Shown in pieces: positions 36,878-46,044 of a stretch of DNA of 64,000 nt (positions are counted from its first letter, which is position 1; each line of letters starts with the position of its first letter). The notes under the pieces are model-generated. The model was given only the letters and a program-made list of their open reading frames with translations, had not been told where the DNA came from and searched no databases. The translations under genes and the position numbers were made by a program. Location: NCBI GenBank assembly GCA_964608345.1, contig CAZSNG010000005.1, forward strand, positions 6,261 to 70,260, given 5' to 3'. This DNA is from an uncultured Thermotogae bacterium (GTDB lineage Bacteria > Bipolaricaulota > Bipolaricaulia > UBA7950 > UBA9294).

Positions 36878-37283
36878 TGACCTCTTCCAGACCGCAGGGG
36901 CCGCCGCTGGGGTACGTATGCGGGCTGTCCTCGAACCAGGCGACGAGTGCACGCCAGAACTCCCCGATGTGCGACAGGCCGGTGAAGCGCGTAACGGCAT
37001 ACCTTCCGCCGGGGACATCCTTGATTGCGATCGGCTCCTCCGCCTCCACGTCCGGGCCGATGACGAGCCAGATCTCGTATCCGTAGTTCGGGCTTCCCGG
37101 GGACGGATTCGGGTTGTTGAAGCCGAACGATCGGTATTCGGGAGAACCGGGTTCGACCCCGATCTTTCGGGCGAGCTGCGTGATCATGGTTGCTGCCTGG
37201 TCCTCCGGTTGCTCGCCATAGCCGAGCGCGCTGGCCACGCGCATCGGAGGGAGATCGACGATTCGTACGTCACTCAAGGTCAT
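36813..37283 (-). CDS. GyrI-like small-molecule-binding domain protein
   Basis: ORF 36813..37772 trimmed to MTLSDVRIVDLPPMRV (rc ATG 37281-37283, AAAGGAG SD). Effector-binding (AraC_E_bind/GyrI-like) fold pattern …YEIWLVIGPDVEAEE…GGRYAVTRFTG…. Confidence 0.65.
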   Translation of the reverse strand: MTLSDVRIVDLPPMRVASALGYGEQPEDQAATMITQLARKIGVEPGSPEYRSFGFNNPNPSPGSPNYGYEIWLVIGPDVEAEEPIAIKDVPGGRYAVTRFTGLSHIGEFWRALVAWFEDSPHTYPSGGPCGLEEVINPTETDPEKWTFDLYLPIAA

Positions 37284-37294
37284 GCTCGCTCCTT

Positions 37295-37879
37295 TCACAG
37301 TTGAAGCCGCTTCTCCTGCGGGAGGGTGTTCTCGAAGTCGTAGAACGCGAACGGGACCGACGGATCGCCGTCGGAAGTGGCGAAGTGCGTGAAGCCCATT
37401 CGCTCGTAGAATCGGTGAGTGCCGACGGCGTAGTCCGGCGTATCGAGGCTCCAGCGGATCGCGTCCGCGTGGAGCCTGTACATCGCGCGGATCGCTTCCT
37501 GGCCGATGCCGCGGTTCTGGTAGTCCGGATCCACATAGATGCCCTCGCACCGCCACTCGCCCGTGCCCAGATCGGGGCGAGCGACGGCGAACAGGCCGCC
37601 GACGATGTGGCCGTCGCCGAGGAGGATCTTGTAGTAGGCGGAGTCGCCGTCCTTCCGCTGCCCATTCACCTCCTCGATAATGTGCCGATTCCATCGGAAG
37701 GACGTGTGCGGCGGACCCTTCGATGGGTCGTCGTCGGCGACGATCGCGTCGCGGGTCTCCTCGGGCATCCACCGACGGTCATCGAAGAACGCCAGGGCAG
37801 CGACGACCGTGAGCTCCGCGGCGTCTTCGGGCGACGCGATTTCCAGGCGAACGGTCCGGGTCTCGGTTCTCTGGGGCAT
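37295..37879 (-). CDS. GNAT family N-acetyltransferase
   Basis: ORF 37295..37921 trimmed to MPQRTETRTV (rc ATG 37877-37879, AAGGAGGTG SD). Motif A region CEGIYVDPDYQNRGIGQEAIRAM. Confidence 0.7.
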   Translation of the reverse strand: MPQRTETRTVRLEIASPEDAAELTVVAALAFFDDRRWMPEETRDAIVADDDPSKGPPHTSFRWNRHIIEEVNGQRKDGDSAYYKILLGDGHIVGGLFAVARPDLGTGEWRCEGIYVDPDYQNRGIGQEAIRAMYRLHADAIRWSLDTPDYAVGTHRFYERMGFTHFATSDGDPSVPFAFYDFENTLPQEKRLQL

Positions 37880-37959
37880 TCCCACCTCCTTACCAGCCAG
37901 TCTGCCGCGCATTCGCGACATCTACTGTCACAGTTGTACACTGCCGCCAAGGAGGACCC

Positions 37960-38949
37960 ATGCGCGCCGATCGTCTCCTGTCGATTCTGATGTTCCTGCA
38001 GACGCGAGGGCGAACGACGACCGATCGGCTCGCCCGCGAGTTCGAGGTTTCCCGGCGGACGATCATTCGCGATCTGTACGCGCTGCGCGTCGCAGGCTTC
38101 CCCGTGTATACCGAACGCGGTCGACACGGTGGCTGCTACCTGCACGAGGAGTACCGCAACACGCTGACGCAACTGACGACCGATGAGATCTCCGCGTTGT
38201 TTCTGTCGAGCATCCAGGAGCCGCTGAAGGATCTCGGCCTCTCCGAGCCTCTGCGTGGCGCGCTGCTCAAGCTGTCGGCCGCGCTCCCGGGGGCGCGGCA
38301 AGCGGCGCGAAGCAGGGTCGCTGAACGCATCCTGATCGACTCCTCGCCACGATCGGGTCGGCTCGAGAGCAGTGATCACCTCGCGGTCCTCCATCGTGCG
38401 GCGATGGAGGATCGCTGGGTTCGGGCGCGCCTCTTGCGCCCGTTCAACGTGGTGACCGAGCGCCGGATCGCGCCGTACGGACTGGTAGCGAAGCTGGGAG
38501 ACTGGTTCGTAGTCTGGGCCGGGGAGGACGAGCAGCTCAGAGTGGATCGGCTGTCTCGGCTACTGGGCGCAGTGATCGAGGAGTCGTGCTTCGTACGGCG
38601 GGACTCGTTCGATTTGAGCGCATTCTGGTCGGCGTGGCGGACACGACAGGAGGAAGCGAGGCCGTCCTTGACCGTCGCCCTGCGGGTTCGCGAAGACGCC
38701 GTGCCGAACATCAGGGATCGGCTGGGAGAGCGGCGCGGCGTGTTCCCGGATACGGCCAACGCGTCGGAAGACTGGGCCGAACTGGACATCTCGTTCGCCG
38801 ATCTCGAGCAAGCGCGCCGGGAGCTGCTCGCGCTCGGCGCCGCCGTCGAGGTGATCCGACCGGAGCCGCTTCGACGGTCGATCGCCGATTTCGCCGATCA
38901 GATCGGCCGTGTGTACCGGGACGATGGCTCGTCGGAACGGCCTGGGTGA
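37960..38949 (+). CDS. YafY-family transcriptional regulator (HTH + WYL + WCX domains)
   Basis: 329 aa. N-terminal HTH LLSILMFLQTRGRTTTDRLAREFEVSRRTIIRDLYAL, central WYL-type segment. Divergent from the GNAT/GyrI-like pair. Confidence 0.8.
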   Translation: MRADRLLSILMFLQTRGRTTTDRLAREFEVSRRTIIRDLYALRVAGFPVYTERGRHGGCYLHEEYRNTLTQLTTDEISALFLSSIQEPLKDLGLSEPLRGALLKLSAALPGARQAARSRVAERILIDSSPRSGRLESSDHLAVLHRAAMEDRWVRARLLRPFNVVTERRIAPYGLVAKLGDWFVVWAGEDEQLRVDRLSRLLGAVIEESCFVRRDSFDLSAFWSAWRTRQEEARPSLTVALRVREDAVPNIRDRLGERRGVFPDTANASEDWAELDISFADLEQARRELLALGAAVEVIRPEPLRRSIADFADQIGRVYRDDGSSERPG

Positions 38950-39034
38950 GCGATCCGGTTGTCGGCTGGGTTGGGTACCGAAGCCCAGACTCGGCCATCT
39001 GCGCGGTTGCTCGTGATGGACTGAGACTGGGCCG

Positions 39035-40348
39035 CTACGCGCCCTCGGCTCGATCGTCTCCGTCCGAGCGCCCCGCCTGTTTGGCTTCGTACATCTTCCG
39101 GTCGGCGTCGCCGAGGATGCGGTCGATGGTTCGCGGGTCATCCGGATCCCAGTGAGCGCAACCGATCGACAGGCTGACGGGGAAGTCGACGATGTGGGCG
39201 AAGCGGTCGGTGACCGCGAGCGCTGCGAGAATCCGATCCCGGCAGATCTCGGTCTCGCCGTTCGTCTCCGGGAGAATGACCAGGAACTCGTCGCCGCCGT
39301 AGCGGACGACGAAGTCCGACTCACGCACCGTCTCGACGAGGAGCTGCGAGATGCCCACAAGCACTTCGTCGCCGGCATGGTGTCCGTATTGGTCGTTGAT
39401 CTGCTTGAAGCGGTTGACGTCGGTCATCAGGAAGCCGATCGGATGGCTGTATCGCCTGGCGCGGTGGAACTCGCGTTCCAGGAGCTCGGCGAGATAGTGT
39501 CGGTTGAAGCTGCCGGTGAGCGCGTCGGTGTGCGCCATGCGCGCCAGCTTCGCCTCGTACTGCTTCCGCTCGGTGATGTCGCGCACGATGGCCGTGTAGA
39601 AACTGCCTGCCTTCGTCTCCCAACTCGAGAGCGACAGCTCCATCGGAACGGTCCCACCGTCCTTGCGTCGGCCGTGGGACTCGACGCCTCGCTCCGTGCG
39701 GGCCGCGCCATCCAGGTCGAAGAAGCTCATGGGCGGATCGTGTTTGGCGTGATGCGCCTCGTCGATCAGCATCGTAAACGGCCGACCGAGAACGTCCGCC
39801 TCCGCATAGCCGAACATCGCTTCGGCTCCCCGATTCCAGAAGGTCACCCTCCCTCGACTGTCGATCGAGACGATCGCATCGACGGCCGTCTCGGCAACGG
39901 CGCGGAAGCGGGCTTCGCTCTCGCGCAGCGCGTCCTCGGCCCGTTGACGCTCCTCGACCAGCCGTTGCTCGTTGAGGATGCGCTCGATCGCCGGCGGCAG
40001 AAGATCGAGAAATCCGGCTGCGGCATCCTTGACGACGTAGTCGCTTGCGCCGAGCTTCATCGCCTCGACTGCGGTCTCCTCGCTTCCCGTCCCGGTGAGC
40101 ATGATGGTCGGTGGGAGATCGCCGTCTGCGCTGAGGATCTCGAGAACCTTGAGGCCGCTATGGACGGGCATGTTCTGATCGACGATCAGGACGTCGAACG
40201 TACCGGCGTGATACCTAGTGACGCCTTGCTCGCCGTCCTCGGCGATGTCCGTCTCGTAGCCGGCCCGCTGGAGGCGCTTCTGGACGAGGCGCGCGAGACC
40301 GGGATCGTCCTCCATGTACAGGATGCGAATCGGGGAAGCGTCCGTCAT
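39035..40348 (-). CDS. response regulator with PAS and GGDEF (diguanylate cyclase) domains
   Basis: ORF 39035..40459 trimmed to MTDASPIRILYMEDD (rc ATG 40346-40348). REC domain (VLIVDQNMP), PAS, intact GGDEF (VVRYGGDEFLVILP) with RESD I-site upstream. Confidence 0.85.
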   Translation of the reverse strand: MTDASPIRILYMEDDPGLARLVQKRLQRAGYETDIAEDGEQGVTRYHAGTFDVLIVDQNMPVHSGLKVLEILSADGDLPPTIMLTGTGSEETAVEAMKLGASDYVVKDAAAGFLDLLPPAIERILNEQRLVEERQRAEDALRESEARFRAVAETAVDAIVSIDSRGRVTFWNRGAEAMFGYAEADVLGRPFTMLIDEAHHAKHDPPMSFFDLDGAARTERGVESHGRRKDGGTVPMELSLSSWETKAGSFYTAIVRDITERKQYEAKLARMAHTDALTGSFNRHYLAELLEREFHRARRYSHPIGFLMTDVNRFKQINDQYGHHAGDEVLVGISQLLVETVRESDFVVRYGGDEFLVILPETNGETEICRDRILAALAVTDRFAHIVDFPVSLSIGCAHWDPDDPRTIDRILGDADRKMYEAKQAGRSDGDDRAEGA

Positions 40349-40353
40349 GCGAC

Positions 40354-40797
40354 TCACTCTCCGTCCGGCACCGTAACGATCGACATGAACAGGCCCAGCT
40401 GCTGGATGGCCGCAGAGAAGCTCTCGTACTCGACGGGCTTCGTGATGTAGACGGAGCAACCCAGCTCGTAGCAGCGAGATACCTCTCGCGCGTCGTCGGT
40501 CGTCGTGAGGACGACAACGGGGATCTGCTTCGTTCTTGGGTCGGCCTTCATTCGTTCGAGAACCTGGTACCCGTCCATCACGGGCATGTTCAGATCGAGG
40601 AGCACGAGCAGCGGGGACGGTCTCTCCTGTCCGACGAAAGCCCCCTCGGAGAAGAGGAAGTCCAGTGCCTCCCGGCCGTTCTCTACGTGTGTGATTCCGT
40701 TGGAGATGTTGGCGCGCTTCAGGTTCTTCTCGATCAGCCGGGCGTGCCCGGCGTCATCCTCGACGATGAGGATGCTGACTTCATTCAGGTTGCCCAT
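40354..40797 (-). CDS. single-domain response regulator (CheY-like receiver)
   Basis: ORF 40354..40887 trimmed to MGNLNEVSILIVEDD (rc ATG 40795-40797). Acidic pocket, phospho-Asp LVLLDLNMP, T/K positions conserved. Overlaps the upstream kinase stop by 17 nt. Confidence 0.8.
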   Translation of the reverse strand: MGNLNEVSILIVEDDAGHARLIEKNLKRANISNGITHVENGREALDFLFSEGAFVGQERPSPLLVLLDLNMPVMDGYQVLERMKADPRTKQIPVVVLTTTDDAREVSRCYELGCSVYITKPVEYESFSAAIQQLGLFMSIVTVPDGE

Positions 40798-43700
40798 CTG
40801 GTATTCCTTCCCTTCGCGGATTCCCGATGGTGAAGAAGAACGTCGTGCCGACGTCCGGCTCGGACTCGAACCAGATCTGGCCGCCATGCTGTCTCACCAT
40901 GGTGCGCACGTACGAGAGTCCCATTCCTTCTCCAACGACGTCCTGTCTTCCTGCCCGCCGGAACGGGGCGAAGACCTTCTCCTCGTCCTCCTTGGCGATT
41001 CCCCGGCCGTTGTCCTTCACCCAGAACCTTGCTCCGAGGTTCGTCTGTTCACCACCGATTTCGATTCGTCCCGGTCGCTCCGGATTGAGGTAGTTGACGG
41101 CATTCGTGAGCAGATTGCCGATGATCTGTTCCAGCGCGGTCGGGTCGGCGACGACCTGCGGGAGATCGCCGACGATCAGCTCGACGCCGCGCTCGTCCAG
41201 CTGATGTGCGAGGCTCTGGCGACAGGTCTCGACGTACTCGGCAGCGTCGACCGGATGAAGCGCCAGCTCTCGCCGTCCGAGCCGCGATAGCTTGAGGACC
41301 GAGTTGATGAATCCGTCCATCCGCGAGACCGACGTCTCGATGAAGCCGAGAGCTTCTGGGATGTCCTGTTCCACTGCCGCGGAGAGCGAATCCTTGCCGG
41401 CTCCTTCGGCCCCTTCGATCAGGCGCTCGAGGTGTGGCGCGAGCAACTCCATCGCATCGTGCAACTCGGCCGAGAATCCCTTCAGGTTGACAAGCGGGGC
41501 TCGGAGATCATGCGACACGATGTAGGCAAACTGCTTGACTTCCTCGTTGGCCACTTCGACCTCGGCGAGGTACCTCTTCACTTCCTGCTCGGCGCGCTTT
41601 CGCGCGGTGATGTCGCGATCGATGCCGACGATCCCGATCGTCTTGTCGTGGGCGTCGACGAGCGGAAGCTTGGAGACCAGCAGCCACCGCGCCTTGCCCG
41701 TCGAGCGATCGACGACGTTCTCCTCCACGTTGAGCACGGGCTCTCGGGAGTCGACGATCCCCCGATCCTCGGCCATGTAGTCGGCGGCGTCTTGCTCGGG
41801 AAGGAGGTCGCCGATCGTCTTGCCGAGCAGCTCTGCGGGAGACTCGAGTCCGAAGAAGCGCGCGATCGCCGAGCCCGCGACGACGAACCGTCCTTCACGG
41901 TCCTTGGCATAGATGAAGTCCGGGATGTTGTCGATGATCGTTCGCAGGAGGGTCCGCTCCTCTTCCAGACGCGCCTCGGCTTTCTTGAGCTCGGTGATAT
42001 CCGAGCTGGAGCCGACCATCCGCGTCGGCAGCCCCTCCTCATCCCAAACGGCCTGACCCCGAGCGTAGACCCAGATGTAGTCGCCGGACTTCGTGAGTAG
42101 CCGCTGCTCCACATCGTAGGGCGTGCGATCCTTCAGGTGCGCTTCGATGGCCGCGTCCGTGGGCGCCTTGTCATCGGGATGAAGGATGGTCTTGAGCAGG
42201 TCGAAGCTCGCCTCGAGTTCGTCGTCGGCATACCCGAGCATCTCCTTGAATCGCGGAGACCAGTAGAGCGAGTCGTCCTGGATGTTCCAGTCCCAGATCC
42301 CCTCGTTGGCCCCTTGGACGGCGAGGGCGAACCGCTCCTCACTGACCCGCAGTGCCTCCTCGGCGCGCGTTCGCTCCTCGAGCTCCTGCTGGGCGGCCCG
42401 GAAGAGACGCGCGTTCTCGAACGACATCGCGATCTGATCGGCAATCGTGGCCAGGAGGAGGGCCTGATCCTCGCTGTACGCGCGGGGACGATACGACTGC
42501 ACGTTGATCACGCCGATCACGCGTCCTTCGACGAGGAGCGGGATGCCGAGCCACGATTCGGGAGCCTTCATCGAGCCGAACAGCGAAGGGTCGCCGATCG
42601 CTTCGCCGTACTCCTCCGCGCTGCGGACGTGGAGCGGTTTCTTCGTGCGGATGACGGTGGACGTCAGTCCGTCGCCGAGCGGGATCGGATCCGACGGCGT
42701 CCGCTCTCCTTCGTCGACCATGAACGGGAATTCGACGACTCCCTCGTCCTCGTTGAGCATCGCGATGAAGAACGTGTCCGCTTCGAACACGGGGGCGATC
42801 TCGCGATGGACGATGAGCCCGAGTCGTTCGAGGTCCCGCTCGCGTCCAACGACACGGCCGATTCGGTTGACGATCGCGAGCCTTTCCGCGGCGGCTTGCA
42901 TCGACTGGAACGTCTCGGCATTTTGCATCGCGAACGCGATCTGGTCGGCGAGGATCTCGAACAGCCGTACCTTGTCGGCGTCGTAGGCGTGCGGCCGATC
43001 GAGCATGATGCACAGCGCCCCGAGCACGCGATCCCCAACCATGAGGGGCACGCCGAGCCAGCTTGCGGGCATGGATGTTTCGCCTTCCGCTGTGTAGGGG
43101 ATCGGGAGACGGTCCTTCTCGTCCGCGAAGTTGCGTATGTGTAGCGTCCTCCGTTCGGTGATCACGATTCCGCTGAGGCCGCCGAACGGGTTGCGCTCGC
43201 GCGGCAGGCGGGATCCGTTCATCATCCCGAAGAACAGTTCCAGCTCGTTCGTGGCCTCCTGGTGCAGGACGACGAGGAACTGGTCGTGGTCGAACGTCGA
43301 CGAGATCTCATCGTACAGCGCTTCGATCAGCTCTTGGGGGTCAAGCGTTCTGCTGACGGCGCGGCTGACGCGGTTGAGGAGGCCGAACCGCTCGGCCTGT
43401 CCGCGCGTCTCATCGAACAGCCGGACGTTCTCGATCGCCATCGCCAGCAGGTCGGCGACGATCGTCAGCAACCGTTCGTCCTCCGCGCCGTAGGCGTCCT
43501 TCGGAGCGGCGGCGAGCGAGAGAACGCCGACGACCTGCCCGCGCATCCGAAGCGGAACGCCGAGCCAGGATGCGACCGTGTCTTCCTTGCCGACGACGAG
43601 TGGGTCGGGAAGCGATCGATCGCGATCGCTGACGTCAGGGATGTAGAGTGACCTGTCCTCCCGGACGACCACGCTGCTGAAGCCGGCGAGTGGCATCTCG

Positions 43701-43924
43701 AAGTCGTCGATCCGATGGCCGGCGGCCCTCCCGAACAGCATGCGGAGCGAGTCTTGCCCGCGGAGGTACTGCATGACGGAGTAGCTTTCGTGCTCGAAGA
43801 ACGGAGCGACCGCCTCGTAGACGACCTGCATCAGCTCTTCGACACTGAGCGACGCGCTCGCGACTTGGGCGATCCGGGAGACGACGGCCAATCGGTGTGC
43901 GAGATGCGAGTTCCCCTCACTCAC
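40781..43924 (-). CDS. cytoplasmic multi-GAF/PAS sensor histidine kinase
   Basis: ORF 40781..44197. Probable GTG start at rc 43922-43924 (VSEGNSHLAHRL…, AGGAAGG upstream); the ORF-table N-terminus is P/R-rich non-coding. At least three GAF-like and two PAS-like segments, HisKA box VSHDLRAPLVNLKGF, HATPase_c with G-boxes (DNGRGI, GEGMGLS). No TM segments. Confidence 0.8.
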   Translation of the reverse strand: MSEGNSHLAHRLAVVSRIAQVASASLSVEELMQVVYEAVAPFFEHESYSVMQYLRGQDSLRMLFGRAAGHRIDDFEMPLAGFSSVVVREDRSLYIPDVSDRDRSLPDPLVVGKEDTVASWLGVPLRMRGQVVGVLSLAAAPKDAYGAEDERLLTIVADLLAMAIENVRLFDETRGQAERFGLLNRVSRAVSRTLDPQELIEALYDEISSTFDHDQFLVVLHQEATNELELFFGMMNGSRLPRERNPFGGLSGIVITERRTLHIRNFADEKDRLPIPYTAEGETSMPASWLGVPLMVGDRVLGALCIMLDRPHAYDADKVRLFEILADQIAFAMQNAETFQSMQAAAERLAIVNRIGRVVGRERDLERLGLIVHREIAPVFEADTFFIAMLNEDEGVVEFPFMVDEGERTPSDPIPLGDGLTSTVIRTKKPLHVRSAEEYGEAIGDPSLFGSMKAPESWLGIPLLVEGRVIGVINVQSYRPRAYSEDQALLLATIADQIAMSFENARLFRAAQQELEERTRAEEALRVSEERFALAVQGANEGIWDWNIQDDSLYWSPRFKEMLGYADDELEASFDLLKTILHPDDKAPTDAAIEAHLKDRTPYDVEQRLLTKSGDYIWVYARGQAVWDEEGLPTRMVGSSSDITELKKAEARLEEERTLLRTIIDNIPDFIYAKDREGRFVVAGSAIARFFGLESPAELLGKTIGDLLPEQDAADYMAEDRGIVDSREPVLNVEENVVDRSTGKARWLLVSKLPLVDAHDKTIGIVGIDRDITARKRAEQEVKRYLAEVEVANEEVKQFAYIVSHDLRAPLVNLKGFSAELHDAMELLAPHLERLIEGAEGAGKDSLSAAVEQDIPEALGFIETSVSRMDGFINSVLKLSRLGRRELALHPVDAAEYVETCRQSLAHQLDERGVELIVGDLPQVVADPTALEQIIGNLLTNAVNYLNPERPGRIEIGGEQTNLGARFWVKDNGRGIAKEDEEKVFAPFRRAGRQDVVGEGMGLSYVRTMVRQHGGQIWFESEPDVGTTFFFTIGNPRREGIPDGQPE

Positions 43925-44165
43925 TGCATTCCTGCCTTCCTGAGACGTGTTGCTTGATTCGGCATCGTACCGGGTCGGCCGAACGCGAGCAACGACGAAC
44001 GGCAACCCGACGGGTCTCGGTTGCCTCATCCGAGCCGGGCCGTGTTCCGGGCCGACTCGAGGCCCGGTCGCCGGAAGGGCGGGAGAGCGATGGGTCGGTC
44101 GCTCCGCGCGATCCTCGAAGTGGGTTCCGGGTCTCAGTAGAATCGCGCGCGATGGAGGAGGGATC

Positions 44166-46022
44166 ATGGATTTCGAGTCTCTGTTGGCACAGCTCACCGA
44201 GGTGCTGTCTGGTGTCAGGGCGAAGTCGCATGTCGCGGAAATCGTCCGGCATCATCGAATCCAGGCGTCGCCGGAGTTCGATGATGCGATTGCCTGCGTT
44301 CGCGACACGCTGGGCCGGATCGGCGTCGAGGCAACGGTCTCTTCCTTCCCGGCGGATGGTCGGACCGAGACGTACGGATGGACGGCGCCGATCGCGTGGC
44401 GAATCCGGTCGGGATCCCTTCGCCAGGTCGAGCCGGACGGGCATCCGCTTTGCTCGTACGACGACGTAGCGATCTCGATTCTCGGTCAGTCGGGGCCAGG
44501 ACGCGGTGAGGGCGAACTGGTCCACATCGGAAAGGGGACCACGGCGAAAGATGTCGAAGGGGTCGACCTGGAAGGTCGGTTCGTCCTCGCCTGCGGGCGC
44601 GCGATGGAGGTGGCCAGACGGATCCGTGGGAGCGGCGCAGCCGCACTGGTCATCTACCCGGACTCCGAGCGGGCTGCCGCGTCGTACGACCTCGTGCAGT
44701 ACGGCGGTCTGTTTCCCAAGGCGAACGAGGTGGAGACGACGCCGATGGGCTTCTCCATCTCGCGTCGAGAGGCCGACCGGATGATCGCGCAACTGGCCAA
44801 GGGGCCCGTGCGACTCGCGGGCGAAGTCGACGCGGAGTTCTTCGACGGATCGATGCAGGTTCTCGAAGCGGAGCTTCCCGGGACGGATCCCGGCGCGGGA
44901 GCGATCCTTCTCGTGGCGCACCTCTGCCACCCACGTCCCTCGGCGAACGACAATGCATCCGGAAGCGGGCTGCTGATCGAGGTCGCGTGGGCACTGCGCG
45001 AGATCGCGTCGAAGCAGCCCTTGAAGAACGCGGTCCGATTCCTATGGGTTCCGGAGTTCAACGGGGCGGTGCCTTGGGCGGCGGCGAACGTCGAGCGGCT
45101 GCGCGACGTACGGCTTGTAGTGAATCTCGACATGGTCGGGGAGTCGCCCGAGCTGCTCGGTGAGCCGCTGCGGGTGTTCCGCGTGCCGAACGCGCGCCCG
45201 ACGTTCCTCAACGCGTGCGTCGAGCCGATTCTCTCGCGCATTGCAGGGGATCCGATAACACTCTCGCCCCAGGGGTCGCGACGTCCGCTGCACTGGATCC
45301 TCGACGGGCCGAGCGGAGGGAGCGACCACCTGGTCTTCCAGGCCGCTCCGCACGCACTGCCGGCCGTGATGTTCGGACACGACGATCCTTTCTGGCACAC
45401 GGACCTCGACACCTTCGACAAGGTCGATCCGACGCGCTTGAAGCACGTCGGTCTGCTCACGGCGCTCGTGGCCGCGTTGCCGACGTGGGGTCCGACGGAG
45501 GCGGCGCGCATCGGCGGATGGCTGCTGCCGTTCAGCGCGCGCGAGCTGGCTCGGGCCGCGGCGTTCGCGCAACGGACGGAGCCGACCCGCGGACGGGCAT
45601 TCCTTGCCGCGGCCCTTGCGATCGAGACGGCGCGGGCCGACAGCATGCGGGCGGTGGTTGGGGACAACGCGTGGGACGCGCAGCGACACGTGGAACTGCT
45701 GGCGTCGATCGAGCGGACGCTGTCCGAGCCGTTCCCGGCGGCCGTGTCGCCGGGCGGACCGGCGCCGCGGCGGGCGCTCGACGGTCCGGTCCGCTATGAG
45801 ATTGTCGACGAGTTGACCGAGAAGGAGCGGGCCTTCTTCGACGACAAGTTCTCGGCAGGGCACCGCGCGGCGGTCGAGTCGCTGGTGAACCTCTGCGACG
45901 GCTCGAGGACGATCGACGAGATTGCGGTGCATCTGACACTCGACTTCGATCAGCGCTTCTCACTCGCCGACGTGGAGCGAGCCGTGAAGCTCCTTGCCAA
46001 GGTCGGGTATCTCGCGGTGTGA
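44166..46022 (+). CDS. M28-family zinc peptidase-like protein (DUF4910-type, with PA-like insert)
   Basis: ORF 43947..46022 trimmed to MDFESLLAQL (ATG 44166, GGAGGAGGG SD). M28 metal-site motifs HLCHPRPSANDNASG and FWHTDLDT. Confidence 0.65.
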   Translation: MDFESLLAQLTEVLSGVRAKSHVAEIVRHHRIQASPEFDDAIACVRDTLGRIGVEATVSSFPADGRTETYGWTAPIAWRIRSGSLRQVEPDGHPLCSYDDVAISILGQSGPGRGEGELVHIGKGTTAKDVEGVDLEGRFVLACGRAMEVARRIRGSGAAALVIYPDSERAAASYDLVQYGGLFPKANEVETTPMGFSISRREADRMIAQLAKGPVRLAGEVDAEFFDGSMQVLEAELPGTDPGAGAILLVAHLCHPRPSANDNASGSGLLIEVAWALREIASKQPLKNAVRFLWVPEFNGAVPWAAANVERLRDVRLVVNLDMVGESPELLGEPLRVFRVPNARPTFLNACVEPILSRIAGDPITLSPQGSRRPLHWILDGPSGGSDHLVFQAAPHALPAVMFGHDDPFWHTDLDTFDKVDPTRLKHVGLLTALVAALPTWGPTEAARIGGWLLPFSARELARAAAFAQRTEPTRGRAFLAAALAIETARADSMRAVVGDNAWDAQRHVELLASIERTLSEPFPAAVSPGGPAPRRALDGPVRYEIVDELTEKERAFFDDKFSAGHRAAVESLVNLCDGSRTIDEIAVHLTLDFDQRFSLADVERAVKLLAKVGYLAV

Positions 46023-46044
46023 GCGAGGGGACGAGCGAAGCGGC

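Noticed and set aside
43925-44197. N-terminal ~90-aa extension of the histidine kinase ORF
   Set aside because: P/R/G-rich non-protein-like sequence. Better-supported GTG start with AGGAAGG SD at 43924. The region is the divergent promoter space shared with the M28-like gene.
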